A stretch of 64,000 bases of DNA from Acidimicrobiaceae bacterium (GTDB lineage Bacteria; Actinomycetota; Acidimicrobiia; Acidimicrobiales; RAAP-2). The notes under the pieces were generated by a model, which was given only the letters and a program-made list of their open reading frames with translations, did not search any database and was not told where the DNA came from. The position numbers and the translations under genes were made by a program. Every line of letters starts with the position of its first letter. Position 1 is the first letter of the stretch. The DNA lies in the NCBI GenBank assembly GCA_003136415.1, contig PLEI01000106.1:7446-71445 (forward strand), given 5' to 3'. This document shows, piece by piece, positions 9,316-17,983 of the stretch.

Positions 9316-10020
9316 CGCAATGGCGGTATCGGCGACGGCGGACGAATCGTTGACGTCCCAGCCGAGGGGCGCGCGCTCGGCCCAGGTGTCTTCGAAGATC
9401 TCAAAACCGGGAATGGACTTGGCCGCCATGGTGCGAATGGGTCCCGCCGCGAGCATGTTGACGCGAATCTTGTCCGGACCCACCTCACGCGCGAGGTAGC
9501 GCCCGAGCGATTCGAGGCCGGCCTTCATCACGCCCATCCAGTCGTACACGGGATACGCGCGCGAAGCATCGAAGTCGAGCGCAATCACCGAGGCGCCGCC
9601 CAGCGCCTCGCTCTTTTGCAGCAGCGGACGAAAGGCGCCCACGAGGGCACTCAGCGAATACGTCGAGATCTGCATGGCCATCGAGACATCCTCAAAGGGC
9701 GCGACGAACATGCCCGAGCCCAAACAACTCGGGGGCGCGTAGCCAATGGCGTGCACCAAGCCGTCGAGGCGCCCAAAGCGGCTCTCGACTTCGCTCACCG
9801 CGGCAGTGATTTGGCCCGGGTCGGTGACGTCGAGTTCAATCACCTCACCGATCTCACCGAGCTTGCGCGCGGTACGCCGGGTCAGTGCGACACCGCGACC
9901 GGCACCGGTCAGAGCAACGGTGGCCCCTTCCTCCAATGCACGCTGGGCAATGCCGAAAGCGAGCGAATCGTCGGTCAGCACGCCGGTAATCAAGATACGG
10001 TGATTGGTCAGTATTGCCAT
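9241..10020 (-). CDS. fabI: Enoyl-[acyl-carrier-protein] reductase (NADH), FabI/InhA type
   Basis: 259 aa. The N-terminus reads ILITGVLTDDSLAFGIAQ, followed by YDWMGVMKAGLES (Y-x6-K). The C-terminus is IIHVDGGAHSMG. Confidence 0.85.
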   Translation of the reverse strand: MAILTNHRILITGVLTDDSLAFGIAQRALEEGATVALTGAGRGVALTRRTARKLGEIGEVIELDVTDPGQITAAVSEVESRFGRLDGLVHAIGYAPPSCLGSGMFVAPFEDVSMAMQISTYSLSALVGAFRPLLQKSEALGGASVIALDFDASRAYPVYDWMGVMKAGLESLGRYLAREVGPDKIRVNMLAAGPIRTMAAKSIPGFEIFEDTWAERAPLGWDVNDSSAVADTAIALLSPLLRGTTASIIHVDGGAHSMG

Positions 10021-10025
10021 CTTGT

Positions 10026-10032
10026 TAGCGTA
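10026..10032. promoter_or_regulatory. Overlapping divergent -10 elements: TACGCT (minus, fabI, leaderless) and TAGCGT (plus, F420 reductase, leadered)
   Basis: On the minus strand the sequence reads TACGCT-aacaag-ATG (fabI ATG at 10020). On the plus strand TAGCGT lies 30 nt before ATG 10062, with the SD AAAGGG between. Confidence 0.5.
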
Positions 10033-10061
10033 CTGAAGTTGAACAATCGAAAGGGTATGAC

Positions 10062-10712
10062 ATGAGTACCGTCGGCATTTTAGGGGGAACCGGTCCGGCC
10101 GGACAAGGTGTGGGTATCCGCCTGGCCAGTGCGGGCTATGACGTGGTGCTGGGATCGCGCGACGCCGAGCGAGCCGCGACAGTCGCAGCGAAACTGAGTC
10201 CGCGCGGAACGGGCACCGTGACGGGCACCTCCAATGAGGGCGCCGCCCATTGTGATGTGGTGGTCGTGGCCACTCCCTGGGATTCGGCCGTGGCCACCGT
10301 GAGCGCGCTGCAGGAACCTCTCTCGGGCAAGATCATCGTCTCGATGGTCAATGCCCTCGCGCGTGAGGGCCGCGAACTCGTGCCGCTGTACCCGCCACGA
10401 GGCTCGATGGCCGCGCAGATCGCCCACGCGTTGCCCCACGCCACGGTGGTGGGTGCATTTCACCACTTGCCCGCGTCGGAGATGGTCACGCTCGATAGCG
10501 GTCTCGACGCCGACGTCATCATCTTCGGCGACGACGCCGTCGCGCGCGAGAGCGTCGCGACGATGGTCGAGGCAATGCCCGGCCTGCACGCCGTGATCGC
10601 CGGAACGATGTCACTGGCGAGCGCGATTGAGGCCTTCACCGCCGTGTGCATCTCGATCAACATCCGCCACAAGGCCCACAGTTACGTCAAGTTGGCCGGA
10701 CTCTCGCACTGA
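10062..10712 (+). CDS. npdG: NADPH-dependent F420 reductase (F420H2:NADP+ oxidoreductase family)
   Basis: 216 aa. The Rossmann N-terminus is VGILGGTGPAGQGVGIRLASAGYDVVLGSRD, and the overall pattern matches F420_oxidored. Confidence 0.75.
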   Translation: MSTVGILGGTGPAGQGVGIRLASAGYDVVLGSRDAERAATVAAKLSPRGTGTVTGTSNEGAAHCDVVVVATPWDSAVATVSALQEPLSGKIIVSMVNALAREGRELVPLYPPRGSMAAQIAHALPHATVVGAFHHLPASEMVTLDSGLDADVIIFGDDAVARESVATMVEAMPGLHAVIAGTMSLASAIEAFTAVCISINIRHKAHSYVKLAGLSH

Positions 10713-11830
10713 TGCATCTCTACGACACTGCTCGACGTGGCGTGTTTGCCATGGAGCCGGGCCCCGTGGTCTCGCTCTACAGCTGCGGGATAACTCCCTA
10801 CGACGCGGCCCATATGGGGCACGCCTTCGTCTACCTCACCTTCGACGTCCTGCAGCGTCGTCTGCGCGACGCGGGTTTCGATACCAACTGCGTGCGCAAC
10901 GTCACCGACGTGGACGATGACATCCTGCGCAAGGCTCGCCAACTCGGAGTGAATTACCTCGACCTGGCGGCACGCGAGATGGCCAAGTTCGAGCGCGATA
11001 TGCAGCTGATCAACCTCTTGCCCGTCTACTCTGAACCGCGAGCGACGGGAGCGATTCCCGAAATCTTGACGATGATCGGCGGGCTCTTCGATTCGGGGCA
11101 CGCTTACGAGGTCGAGGGCTGGGTCTACTTCGAAGCGGCGACGTTCGCGCGCTTTGGCCAGGTGAGTCACGAGAGTCGCGTCGCAATGATTGAACTGGCC
11201 GCCGAGCAGGGCGGCAATCCTGAGGACCCCCGAAAACGCGACTCCCTCGACTTCGTACTATGGCAGCCATCGCTCGAGGACGAACCGGCGTGGGAGTCAC
11301 GCTGGGGTGCGGGTCGACCCGGTTGGCACATCGAATGCTCGGCCCTGGCCCTGCGCGAGCTCGGCGAGACTCTCGACGTGCACGGCGGAGGTCGAGACCT
11401 CGCTTTTCCCCACCACGAGTGCGAGGCGGCCCAAAGTGAATCGGTGACCGGCGTGCCCTTCGTTCGCCATTGGCTGCACGTGGGCTTGGTCGGACTCGAC
11501 GGCATCAAGATGTCCAAGTCATTGGGCAACCTCGTGTTCGTCTCGGACTTAGCCCAGCGCGCCGAGTCGACGGCGGTGCGTTTGGCGATGCTCGATCAGC
11601 ACTACCGAACCGACTGGGAATGGCACGAGGAGTTGTTGTCGCGCGCACAGTCGCGCCTGGCGACGTGGCGTTCGACCCTGAACGGACGCCCGAGTTCGGT
11701 CCTGCAGGACGTTCGCGACGCGCTCGACGACGACCTCAATTGTCCCGCCGCCGTCGCGGCAGTTGACGCCGCGGCGCACGCGGGTGCGACCGTCGCTCCG
11801 GCCGCGGCCCTCCTCGGCATTACGCTGTAA
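10712..11830 (+). CDS. mshC: L-cysteine:1D-myo-inositol 2-amino-2-deoxy-alpha-D-glucopyranoside ligase (mycothiol ligase, CysRS paralogue)
   Basis: Trimmed to ATG 10712, which overlaps the upstream stop (TGATG). Motifs are CGITPYDAAHMGHAFVYLTFD, NVTDVDDDI and KMSKSLGN. Its ~372-aa length fits MshC rather than CysS. Confidence 0.8.
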   Translation: MHLYDTARRGVFAMEPGPVVSLYSCGITPYDAAHMGHAFVYLTFDVLQRRLRDAGFDTNCVRNVTDVDDDILRKARQLGVNYLDLAAREMAKFERDMQLINLLPVYSEPRATGAIPEILTMIGGLFDSGHAYEVEGWVYFEAATFARFGQVSHESRVAMIELAAEQGGNPEDPRKRDSLDFVLWQPSLEDEPAWESRWGAGRPGWHIECSALALRELGETLDVHGGGRDLAFPHHECEAAQSESVTGVPFVRHWLHVGLVGLDGIKMSKSLGNLVFVSDLAQRAESTAVRLAMLDQHYRTDWEWHEELLSRAQSRLATWRSTLNGRPSSVLQDVRDALDDDLNCPAAVAAVDAAAHAGATVAPAAALLGITL

Positions 11831-11845
11831 CCGAGGAAGGGCATT

Positions 11846-13834
11846 ATGTCGGTGATCGAAGTACAACTCCCAGACGGCAGCACCCGATCCCTTGAGGAGG
11901 GCTCGAGTGCTCGTGACTTGGCCGCCGCCATTGGTTCGCGTCTCGCCAAGGACGCCCTCGCGGCGCAGGTCAATGGCGAATTGACGGACCTCACGCGTCC
12001 GCTCGGCACCGGCGACGTGGTCGCCATCGTGATTCCCGCGAGCGACCTCGGACGTGACGTGCTTCGCCACTCAACGGCCCACGTGCTCGCCCAGGCCGTG
12101 CTTCGGCTCTGGCCCGGTGCGTACTACGCGATTGGTCCGGCCATCCGCGACGGCTTCTACTACGACTTCGAACTTCCGAAGGGAGACCGCTTTAGCGACG
12201 ACGACCTCGGACGCATCGAGGGTGAGATGCGCGCCATCGTCGCCGAGGATCAGCCCTTTCTGCGCTCGGAGTACTCCATTGAAGAGGGACTAGAGCTCTT
12301 CAAGGACCAACCCTTCAAGGTTGAGATCATCTCGGGCGTGCGCAACGGCGCCAACCCCGAGGACGTGACCGAAGTCGGCGGCTCGGTGGTGTCGACGTAC
12401 TCCAATACTCCCGAATTCCAGGACCTGTGCCGGGGACCACACGTGCCCTCCACCAAGCGTCTCGGGCATTTCAAGCTGATGCGAGTGGCGGGAGCGTACT
12501 GGCGCGGCGACGAAAAGCGCCCGCAGTTGCAGCGCATCTACGGCACCGCGTGGGAGTCCAAAGACGCTCTCGCGGCGCACCTCACCCAACTCGAGGAGGC
12601 GGAGAAGCGCGATCACCGGCGACTGGGCCAGGAGATGGACTTGTTCTCCTTCCCTTCCGAGCTCGGACCGGGCCTCGCAGTTTTTCATCCCAAGGGCGGC
12701 ACGATGCGCCGGGTGATGGAAGATTATTCGCGATCTCGACACGTGGTCGGTGGGTACGAATTCGTCAACTCGCCCCACATCACCAAGGCCGAACTCTTCG
12801 AAACGTCGGGCCACCTTGATTGGTACGCCGACAGCATGTATCCGCCGATGGATCTCGACGACGGCCAGCAGTACTACCTCAAGCCGATGAACTGCCCGTT
12901 TCATATCTTGATTTTCAAAGCCCGCCAGCGGTCGTACCGTGAGTTGCCGCTTCGGATGTTCGAGTTCGGTACGGTGTATCGCTACGAGAAGTCCGGTGCG
13001 GTGCACGGTCTCACTCGTGTTCGTGGCATGACCCAAGACGACGCGCACATCTTTTGCACTCGTGAGCAGATGGCCCAAGAATTGAACGACCTGTTGACCT
13101 TCGTGCTGGGACTACTTCGTGACTTTGGTCTCAACGACTTCTACCTCGAGCTTTCCACTCGACCTGACGCCAAAGCGGTCGGCACCGATGAGGAATGGAA
13201 TGAGGCCGAAGCCACGTTGGCCGAGGTAGCGCACGGCGCCGGGCTCGAATTGTTATTGGACGTCGGCGGTGGCGCCTTTTACGGTCCCAAGATCTCGGTG
13301 CAGGCTCGTGACGCGATTGGTCGAACTCACCAGTTGTCGACGATTCAGCTGGACTTCCAACTGCCGCAGCGTTTTGACGCGAGCTACATTGCCGGCGATA
13401 ACGCCCGGCACCGCCCGATCATGATCCACCGTGCACTCTTTGGCAGTGTGGAGCGCTTCATGGCGATCTTGATCGAGCACTACGCCGGCAACATGCCCAC
13501 GTGGATGAGTCCCGACCAGGTGGTCGTGCTGGGTGTACGTGACGACCACGACGACTACGCCCACGAAGTTGCCGCGTCGCTGCGCGGCGACGGCGTGCGC
13601 GTCAACGTGGAAATTGCTAACGAACCCTTGGGAGCACGCATTCGCCGCGCGAAGATGGAGAAGGTCCCCTACATCTTGGTGGTCGGCGACGACGACGTTG
13701 CGGCGCGCACGGTGGGCATCAACGCGCGGGGCGCAAACGACCCCGAGCGCGGCGTGGGGATCGAGGAGTTTCGCGCGCGCCTGGCCGCCGAGATCGCCCA
13801 CCACGGTTCACCGGAACTCGCTCGTGCCACTTGA
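11846..13834 (+). CDS. thrS: Threonine--tRNA ligase
   Basis: 662 aa. It has a TGS N-terminus, the editing-domain HSTAHVLAQAV motif, and the class II core MNCPFHI and FGTVYRYE. The SD GAGGAAGGG lies upstream. Confidence 0.95.
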   Translation: MSVIEVQLPDGSTRSLEEGSSARDLAAAIGSRLAKDALAAQVNGELTDLTRPLGTGDVVAIVIPASDLGRDVLRHSTAHVLAQAVLRLWPGAYYAIGPAIRDGFYYDFELPKGDRFSDDDLGRIEGEMRAIVAEDQPFLRSEYSIEEGLELFKDQPFKVEIISGVRNGANPEDVTEVGGSVVSTYSNTPEFQDLCRGPHVPSTKRLGHFKLMRVAGAYWRGDEKRPQLQRIYGTAWESKDALAAHLTQLEEAEKRDHRRLGQEMDLFSFPSELGPGLAVFHPKGGTMRRVMEDYSRSRHVVGGYEFVNSPHITKAELFETSGHLDWYADSMYPPMDLDDGQQYYLKPMNCPFHILIFKARQRSYRELPLRMFEFGTVYRYEKSGAVHGLTRVRGMTQDDAHIFCTREQMAQELNDLLTFVLGLLRDFGLNDFYLELSTRPDAKAVGTDEEWNEAEATLAEVAHGAGLELLLDVGGGAFYGPKISVQARDAIGRTHQLSTIQLDFQLPQRFDASYIAGDNARHRPIMIHRALFGSVERFMAILIEHYAGNMPTWMSPDQVVVLGVRDDHDDYAHEVAASLRGDGVRVNVEIANEPLGARIRRAKMEKVPYILVVGDDDVAARTVGINARGANDPERGVGIEEFRARLAAEIAHHGSPELARAT

Positions 13835-14330
13835 GCGCTTCGCCGCGTCGTGGCGCGAAGCGTACGTCTCGAGCCCCGACGCGGCCTCGCACGCCGTCGA
13901 TGACGGCGCCTGCGTGTTTTGTGCGCTGTCGCAACTCGAACCGTCGAGTGACTCTGGCGTCTTGTGGCGTGATGAGTTCAGTTTCGTGACGCTGAACGCC
14001 TTTCCCTACGGGTCGGGTCACCTCTTGGTGCTGCCGCAGCGTCACGTGGGCTCGCTCGTGGAACTCGGCGACGAGGAATACGCCAGCTTCTTTCTGACGC
14101 TGCGACGCACGGTCCAGGCGCTCGACGCCGCCTACCATGCCGACGGAATGAACGTCGGGATGAATCTGGGTCAAGCGGCGGGGGCGGGCATCCCCAAGCA
14201 CCTGCACGGGCACGCTCTGCCGCGTTGGAACGGTGACACCAATTTTATGAGCACCATTGCCGAGACCCGGGTATTGCCGGAGTCGCTGTCCTCCACGTGG
14301 CAAAAAGTCATTGTTCACTTCGATAACTAG
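13824..14330 (+). CDS. HIT-family nucleotide hydrolase/phosphorylase (Ap4A phosphorylase-like, cf. Mtb Rv2613c)
   Basis: I chose GTG 13824, which overlaps the thrS stop; the long ORF-track N-terminus is antisense-like read-through. Motifs are NAFPYGSGHLLVLP and HLHGHALPRW. The position between thrS and pgsA matches mycobacteria. Confidence 0.7.
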   Translation: MPLERFAASWREAYVSSPDAASHAVDDGACVFCALSQLEPSSDSGVLWRDEFSFVTLNAFPYGSGHLLVLPQRHVGSLVELGDEEYASFFLTLRRTVQALDAAYHADGMNVGMNLGQAAGAGIPKHLHGHALPRWNGDTNFMSTIAETRVLPESLSSTWQKVIVHFDN

Positions 14331-14378
14331 GCCGTCGAAACACCCCCGGTAGACTTCGAACGAGGACCTGGGAGATCG

Positions 14379-15041
14379 ATGTTCGACGGAAAGTTCCGAC
14401 AATCAGTAGACGCTGCCACCGCCCCCGTGGGTCGGGGCCTCGTGCGCGCCGGTTTCTCGGCGGACGTACTGACGGCGTCGGGTCTCGTTTTCGCCCTCGC
14501 CACCGCGTGGTGCATTGGCGAGGGCTATTTCATTGTCGCCATCATCTTGTTGATCTTGACGGGTGCGCACGATTTGCTGGACGGAGCAGTTGCCAAGGCC
14601 TCGCAACGAGCTAGTCAGCGCGGCAGTTTCTTTGACTCGGTGGTCGACCGGGTGTCGGATGCCGTCTTGCTCGGTGGCGTGGCCTTCTACATCGAACGCC
14701 ACCACCCGGGTGAGCTCGTCTTGTTGCCCTTTGGTCTCGTGACCACTTTCTTTCTGATCTCCTACCAGCGTTCCAAGGCCGAAAGCCTGGGTCTCGCCGC
14801 CAAGGGCGGACTGATGGAACGAGCCGAACGTCTGGTGATGTTGGGCGTCGCGCTGCTCTCGCCGGTGATCTTCATCCCGGTGCTGTGGATCATGATGGTG
14901 CTGACCACGCTGACTGCGCTCGGCCGGTTTTGGCGGGTGTGGCAGATTGCTGCGCGACCCGCACCGCGCACGGTCATCGAGCGAACGCCGCGCTCGCACG
15001 CGCGTCGGGCCCGACGCCTGAGCCGTTCCGCTCGCCACTAG
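14379..15041 (+). CDS. pgsA: CDP-alcohol phosphatidyltransferase (phosphatidylinositol phosphate synthase)
   Basis: Carries the motif DLLDGAVAK...GSFFDSVVDRVSD (D-x2-DG-x2-A[RK]...G-x3-D-x3-D) and several TM helices. Confidence 0.8.
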   Translation: MFDGKFRQSVDAATAPVGRGLVRAGFSADVLTASGLVFALATAWCIGEGYFIVAIILLILTGAHDLLDGAVAKASQRASQRGSFFDSVVDRVSDAVLLGGVAFYIERHHPGELVLLPFGLVTTFFLISYQRSKAESLGLAAKGGLMERAERLVMLGVALLSPVIFIPVLWIMMVLTTLTALGRFWRVWQIAARPAPRTVIERTPRSHARRARRLSRSARH

Positions 15042-15045
15042 GCGC

Positions 15046-15930
15046 GTGAAGCCCCGCGTGAAGGTAGCCCTGTACAAGTCCCTGGGCACGTTTCTCGAAC
15101 TCCTGCCGGAGCGCGTCGACGTGGCGGTCGCTCGCTGGCTGGGCGTGACCCTGGGAATGAGATCGGGCGCCCGGACACATCTCCAGAACAATCTGGCCCG
15201 CGTGCTCGCCGGTCCCGAGTCGTCACTCGACCCCGGGCTGTTGCAGCGCTACGTGCGTCGTGGTTTTGCCAACTACGGCCAATACTGGGCCGAGGGTGCG
15301 AAACTCCCCGCACTTTCCCCGCGAGTCATCACCTCACGTTTTCGCATCGCTGAGGGCCTCGAGTACCTCGAAGATGCCTTCGCCCAGGGTCGAGGCGTCG
15401 TCATCGCGTTGCCCCACGTGGGTTCTTGGGAATGGGGGGGCTCCTTCATTGCCTCATTGGGCATGCCGATGACGGCGATCGCCGAGGAGATCAGTCCGCC
15501 CGAGCTCTTCGAGTGGTTCAAGTCCAAGCGCGAGGCGATCGGCATTCATGTCGAGGGGCTCAATACCCACGCGAGCACCAGGTTGCTCAACGTCTTGAAG
15601 GACGGGGGGGTGGTGGGGCTCTTGTGTGACCGCGATATTCAAGGCGGTGGTGTCGAGGTCCAGTTCTTCGGTGGGCCCGTCACCCTGCCCGGCGGCCCCG
15701 CAACGCTGGCGCTGCGCACTGGCGCGGCTCTCGTCGCCGCGGCGTGTTACACCGGACCCGGACGCGACCACTTCGCCGTGGTGACGCCGCCGATTCCCGC
15801 GCAACGCGAGGGTCGTCTGCGCGATGACGTCACGAGGGTCACTCAAATGGTGGCCCAGGAACTCGAAGGCTTGATTCGTCGCGCGCCCGAGCAGTGGCAC
15901 GTTCTCGAAGAGCGCTTCGGAGCCTCGTGA
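15046..15930 (+). CDS. Lauroyl/myristoyl-type lipid acyltransferase (phosphatidylinositol mannoside acyltransferase, PatA-like)
   Basis: 294 aa with a GTG start and an LPLAT/HtrB-like pattern (ALPHVGSWEWGG). Its position between pgsA and pimA matches Mtb Rv2611c. Confidence 0.7.
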   Translation: MKPRVKVALYKSLGTFLELLPERVDVAVARWLGVTLGMRSGARTHLQNNLARVLAGPESSLDPGLLQRYVRRGFANYGQYWAEGAKLPALSPRVITSRFRIAEGLEYLEDAFAQGRGVVIALPHVGSWEWGGSFIASLGMPMTAIAEEISPPELFEWFKSKREAIGIHVEGLNTHASTRLLNVLKDGGVVGLLCDRDIQGGGVEVQFFGGPVTLPGGPATLALRTGAALVAAACYTGPGRDHFAVVTPPIPAQREGRLRDDVTRVTQMVAQELEGLIRRAPEQWHVLEERFGAS

Positions 15931-17048
15931 GCTCCTCGAGCGAACTCGGACGCATCACTCTCGTCACGCCCTACGCCTTGAGCGTCTTTGGCGGCGTGCA
16001 AGAACAGGTGCTCTCCATGAGTCGCGAGCTCTCGCGGCGGGGTCACGAGGTACAGATCATTGCCCCCGACTCAATGGACGTTGCCCACTACGACACCGCG
16101 GCGGTCGTGGACCGACTGGGGCGCCTGGTGAGTATTCGGGCCAACGGCTCGCGCGCTCCGCTCACGCTGTCGCGTCGTGCGTCGCGCGAGGCTTTGGACA
16201 GAGTTGAGGCATTTCAACCCGACGTGGTTCACTTTCACGAACCTTTCGCGCCGCGCGTGGGTTGGGCGACGTTGCGCGCGCACCAGGTGGCGTCAGTGGC
16301 GACGTTTCATCGCAGCGGTGAAGGTCCCGCGGTCTCATTGACGGCTCCGCTACTGCGCCGTTGGAGTCGACACCTCGACGTGACGGCCGCCGTGTCGCAG
16401 ATGGCCGCGGCGACGGCCCAGCGGTCGTGTCGCCTCTCTCCTACCGTGCTCTTCAATGGTTTCGAAACCGATCGCTTCGTCGAATTCCCTCGAGAAAGTC
16501 AAGCGGAGATCACCCTGGTGGTGGTGGGCCGACTCGAGGTGCGCAAGGGTGTCGGCACCGCCATCGCCGCGGTGCGTATGCACAATGAACGCCGTGAGCG
16601 ACCATGGCGATTGTTAGTCATTGGCGACGGGCCAGAACGCGTGAGTCTCGAGCAGGCGGCGCGACCTGATGAGATGGTGCAGTTTCTCGGTGCGGTGTCC
16701 GACGAGGACAAGCGCCGTTGGTATCGCCGCGCGGATGTGCTGATTGCTCCCGCCACCCACGGCGAGTCGTTCGGTTTGATCCTCCTCGAAGCCATGGCCT
16801 CGGAGACGCGCGTCGTCGCGAGCGACATCCCGGCCTATCGTGAGGCGGCCGGTTCGCACGCCGTCTTGTTTCGCACCGGTGAGAGCGCGGACCTCGAACG
16901 GGCGCTCAATGTGGCGCTGAACTCGTGTGATACGCCAGTGTTGGCGAACGCGCGCCTCTACGCCGAGCACTGGTCAATGCGACGTCTGGTCGATGACTAC
17001 TTGACGCTCTATCACGACGCGCGACGCCATTTCACAGCCCTGGGGTAA
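15927..17048 (+). CDS. pimA: GT4 glycosyltransferase, phosphatidylinositol alpha-mannosyltransferase
   Basis: The GTG at 15927 overlaps the patA stop (GTGA). Motifs are TPYALSVFGGVQEQV and the GT4 C-terminal ESFGLILLEAMA. Confidence 0.75.
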   Translation: MSSSSELGRITLVTPYALSVFGGVQEQVLSMSRELSRRGHEVQIIAPDSMDVAHYDTAAVVDRLGRLVSIRANGSRAPLTLSRRASREALDRVEAFQPDVVHFHEPFAPRVGWATLRAHQVASVATFHRSGEGPAVSLTAPLLRRWSRHLDVTAAVSQMAAATAQRSCRLSPTVLFNGFETDRFVEFPRESQAEITLVVVGRLEVRKGVGTAIAAVRMHNERRERPWRLLVIGDGPERVSLEQAARPDEMVQFLGAVSDEDKRRWYRRADVLIAPATHGESFGLILLEAMASETRVVASDIPAYREAAGSHAVLFRTGESADLERALNVALNSCDTPVLANARLYAEHWSMRRLVDDYLTLYHDARRHFTALG

Positions 17049-17051
17049 CCT
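17046..17051 (+). promoter_or_regulatory. Putative -10 (TAACCT) giving a leaderless transcript of the 17058 gene
   Basis: The sequence reads TAACCT-ctactc-ATG(17058). The hexamer overlaps the pimA stop codon. Confidence 0.45.
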
Positions 17052-17057
17052 CTACTC

Positions 17058-17957
17058 ATGGCCACCCAACAACGCTCGCGCTCGCGACGCCCCTCGTCCT
17101 CGCGACACCGTGGTCCTCGACACGTCGAAGCCGTGCTTGACCCCACGTGGCAGAACCCGTACGCGCCCTCGGCGGGCGAGCGCGAAATGCATCACGACGC
17201 ACTACGCCGGTTCGCGATGAAACGCGCGATGCCCCAGATGTACGTCTTCGTAGCCCTGGTGGGAGTCTCCTTGGCGGCCATGGCCCTCTCGGTCTGGTTC
17301 GTGGTTCTCGCGGTCGTCCTCGCGGCTCTCGCAGCAGTGAACCTCCGACGCTCGCTCGCGGCCTTCGAGCGAGGTACGGCGACGCTGGGCGCCGACGTTC
17401 TGGCGGCGTTCACCGCGGGCGGAACGCCCAAGGATCGTCAGCGTCTGGTGACGGTGCTGGACCGGTTGACCGCGACCTTCGGCGTCGATACACTGAGCGC
17501 CTTCATCGTGGATGACCCGGGTTATAACGCCGCACTCGTCCCGAACGGTCCGAATTATTCGTTCTTCGTCACCAGCGGACTGATGCGTGATTTTGAGCTC
17601 ATCGAACTCGAAGGAGTCGTGGCGCACTGCCTCGCGCGACAGCGTTTGGGCATTCTGTCGCGAGAAAGTGCATCGACCATGGTGAGCTCGCCCGACGCTC
17701 GACGGACCCTGGCCGGGCCTGGTCTCACGTACCGCGCGGATGAAGTGGCCGCCGCGGCGATTCGCTACCCCCTCGGATTGGCCGGCGCGCTGCGCCAGTG
17801 TGCTCGTCAAGTGATCCCGTCCTCGTCATTCTTCGCTTCAGCCAAGTACGACCAGTGGCGCTTCATCTGGTTCGACGTGTGGAGCGACCGAAAGACCCCG
17901 GACGTGAGCGATCTCGACGACGTGGAACTGCGCGCTCTCGCCCTCGAGGAATGGTAG
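17058..17957 (+). CDS. Membrane-anchored M48/HtpX-like protein with degenerate zinc motif (HExxH replaced by HCLAR)
   Basis: 299 aa with a basic N-terminus and one long hydrophobic stretch (MYVFVALVGVSLAAMALSVWFVVLAVVLAALAAV). The segment NAALVPNGPNYSFFVTSGLMRDFELIELEGVVAHCLARQ aligns by eye with the HtpX segment NAFATG...VSTGLL...EAVIAHEISHI. Confidence 0.5.
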   Translation: MATQQRSRSRRPSSSRHRGPRHVEAVLDPTWQNPYAPSAGEREMHHDALRRFAMKRAMPQMYVFVALVGVSLAAMALSVWFVVLAVVLAALAAVNLRRSLAAFERGTATLGADVLAAFTAGGTPKDRQRLVTVLDRLTATFGVDTLSAFIVDDPGYNAALVPNGPNYSFFVTSGLMRDFELIELEGVVAHCLARQRLGILSRESASTMVSSPDARRTLAGPGLTYRADEVAAAAIRYPLGLAGALRQCARQVIPSSSFFASAKYDQWRFIWFDVWSDRKTPDVSDLDDVELRALALEEW

Positions 17958-17971
17958 CCATAGCTCTCTAT

Positions 17972-17977
17972 TAGGCT
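17972..17977 (+). promoter_or_regulatory. Putative -10 (TAGGCT) giving leaderless pdxS
   Basis: The sequence reads TAGGCT-gatggt-ATG(17984). The same TAGGCTGAT 9-mer occurs before relA. Confidence 0.45.
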
Positions 17978-17983
17978 GATGGT

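Noticed and set aside
10646-10711. ORF-track N-terminal extensions: mshC from 10646, the HIT gene from 13533, pimA from 15894, yebC from 19328, alaS from 32020, aroE from 35878, SEDS-1 from 36708, ppm1 from 42701, fabD to 52994, uvrB from 59712 and rpsA from 57635
   Set aside because: Each extension overlaps the 3' end of the preceding gene in another frame and has no family-like sequence. In every case a start codon at or near the upstream stop (ATGA, GTGA, TGATG, TAATG) or behind a -10 or SD gives the canonical N-terminus.
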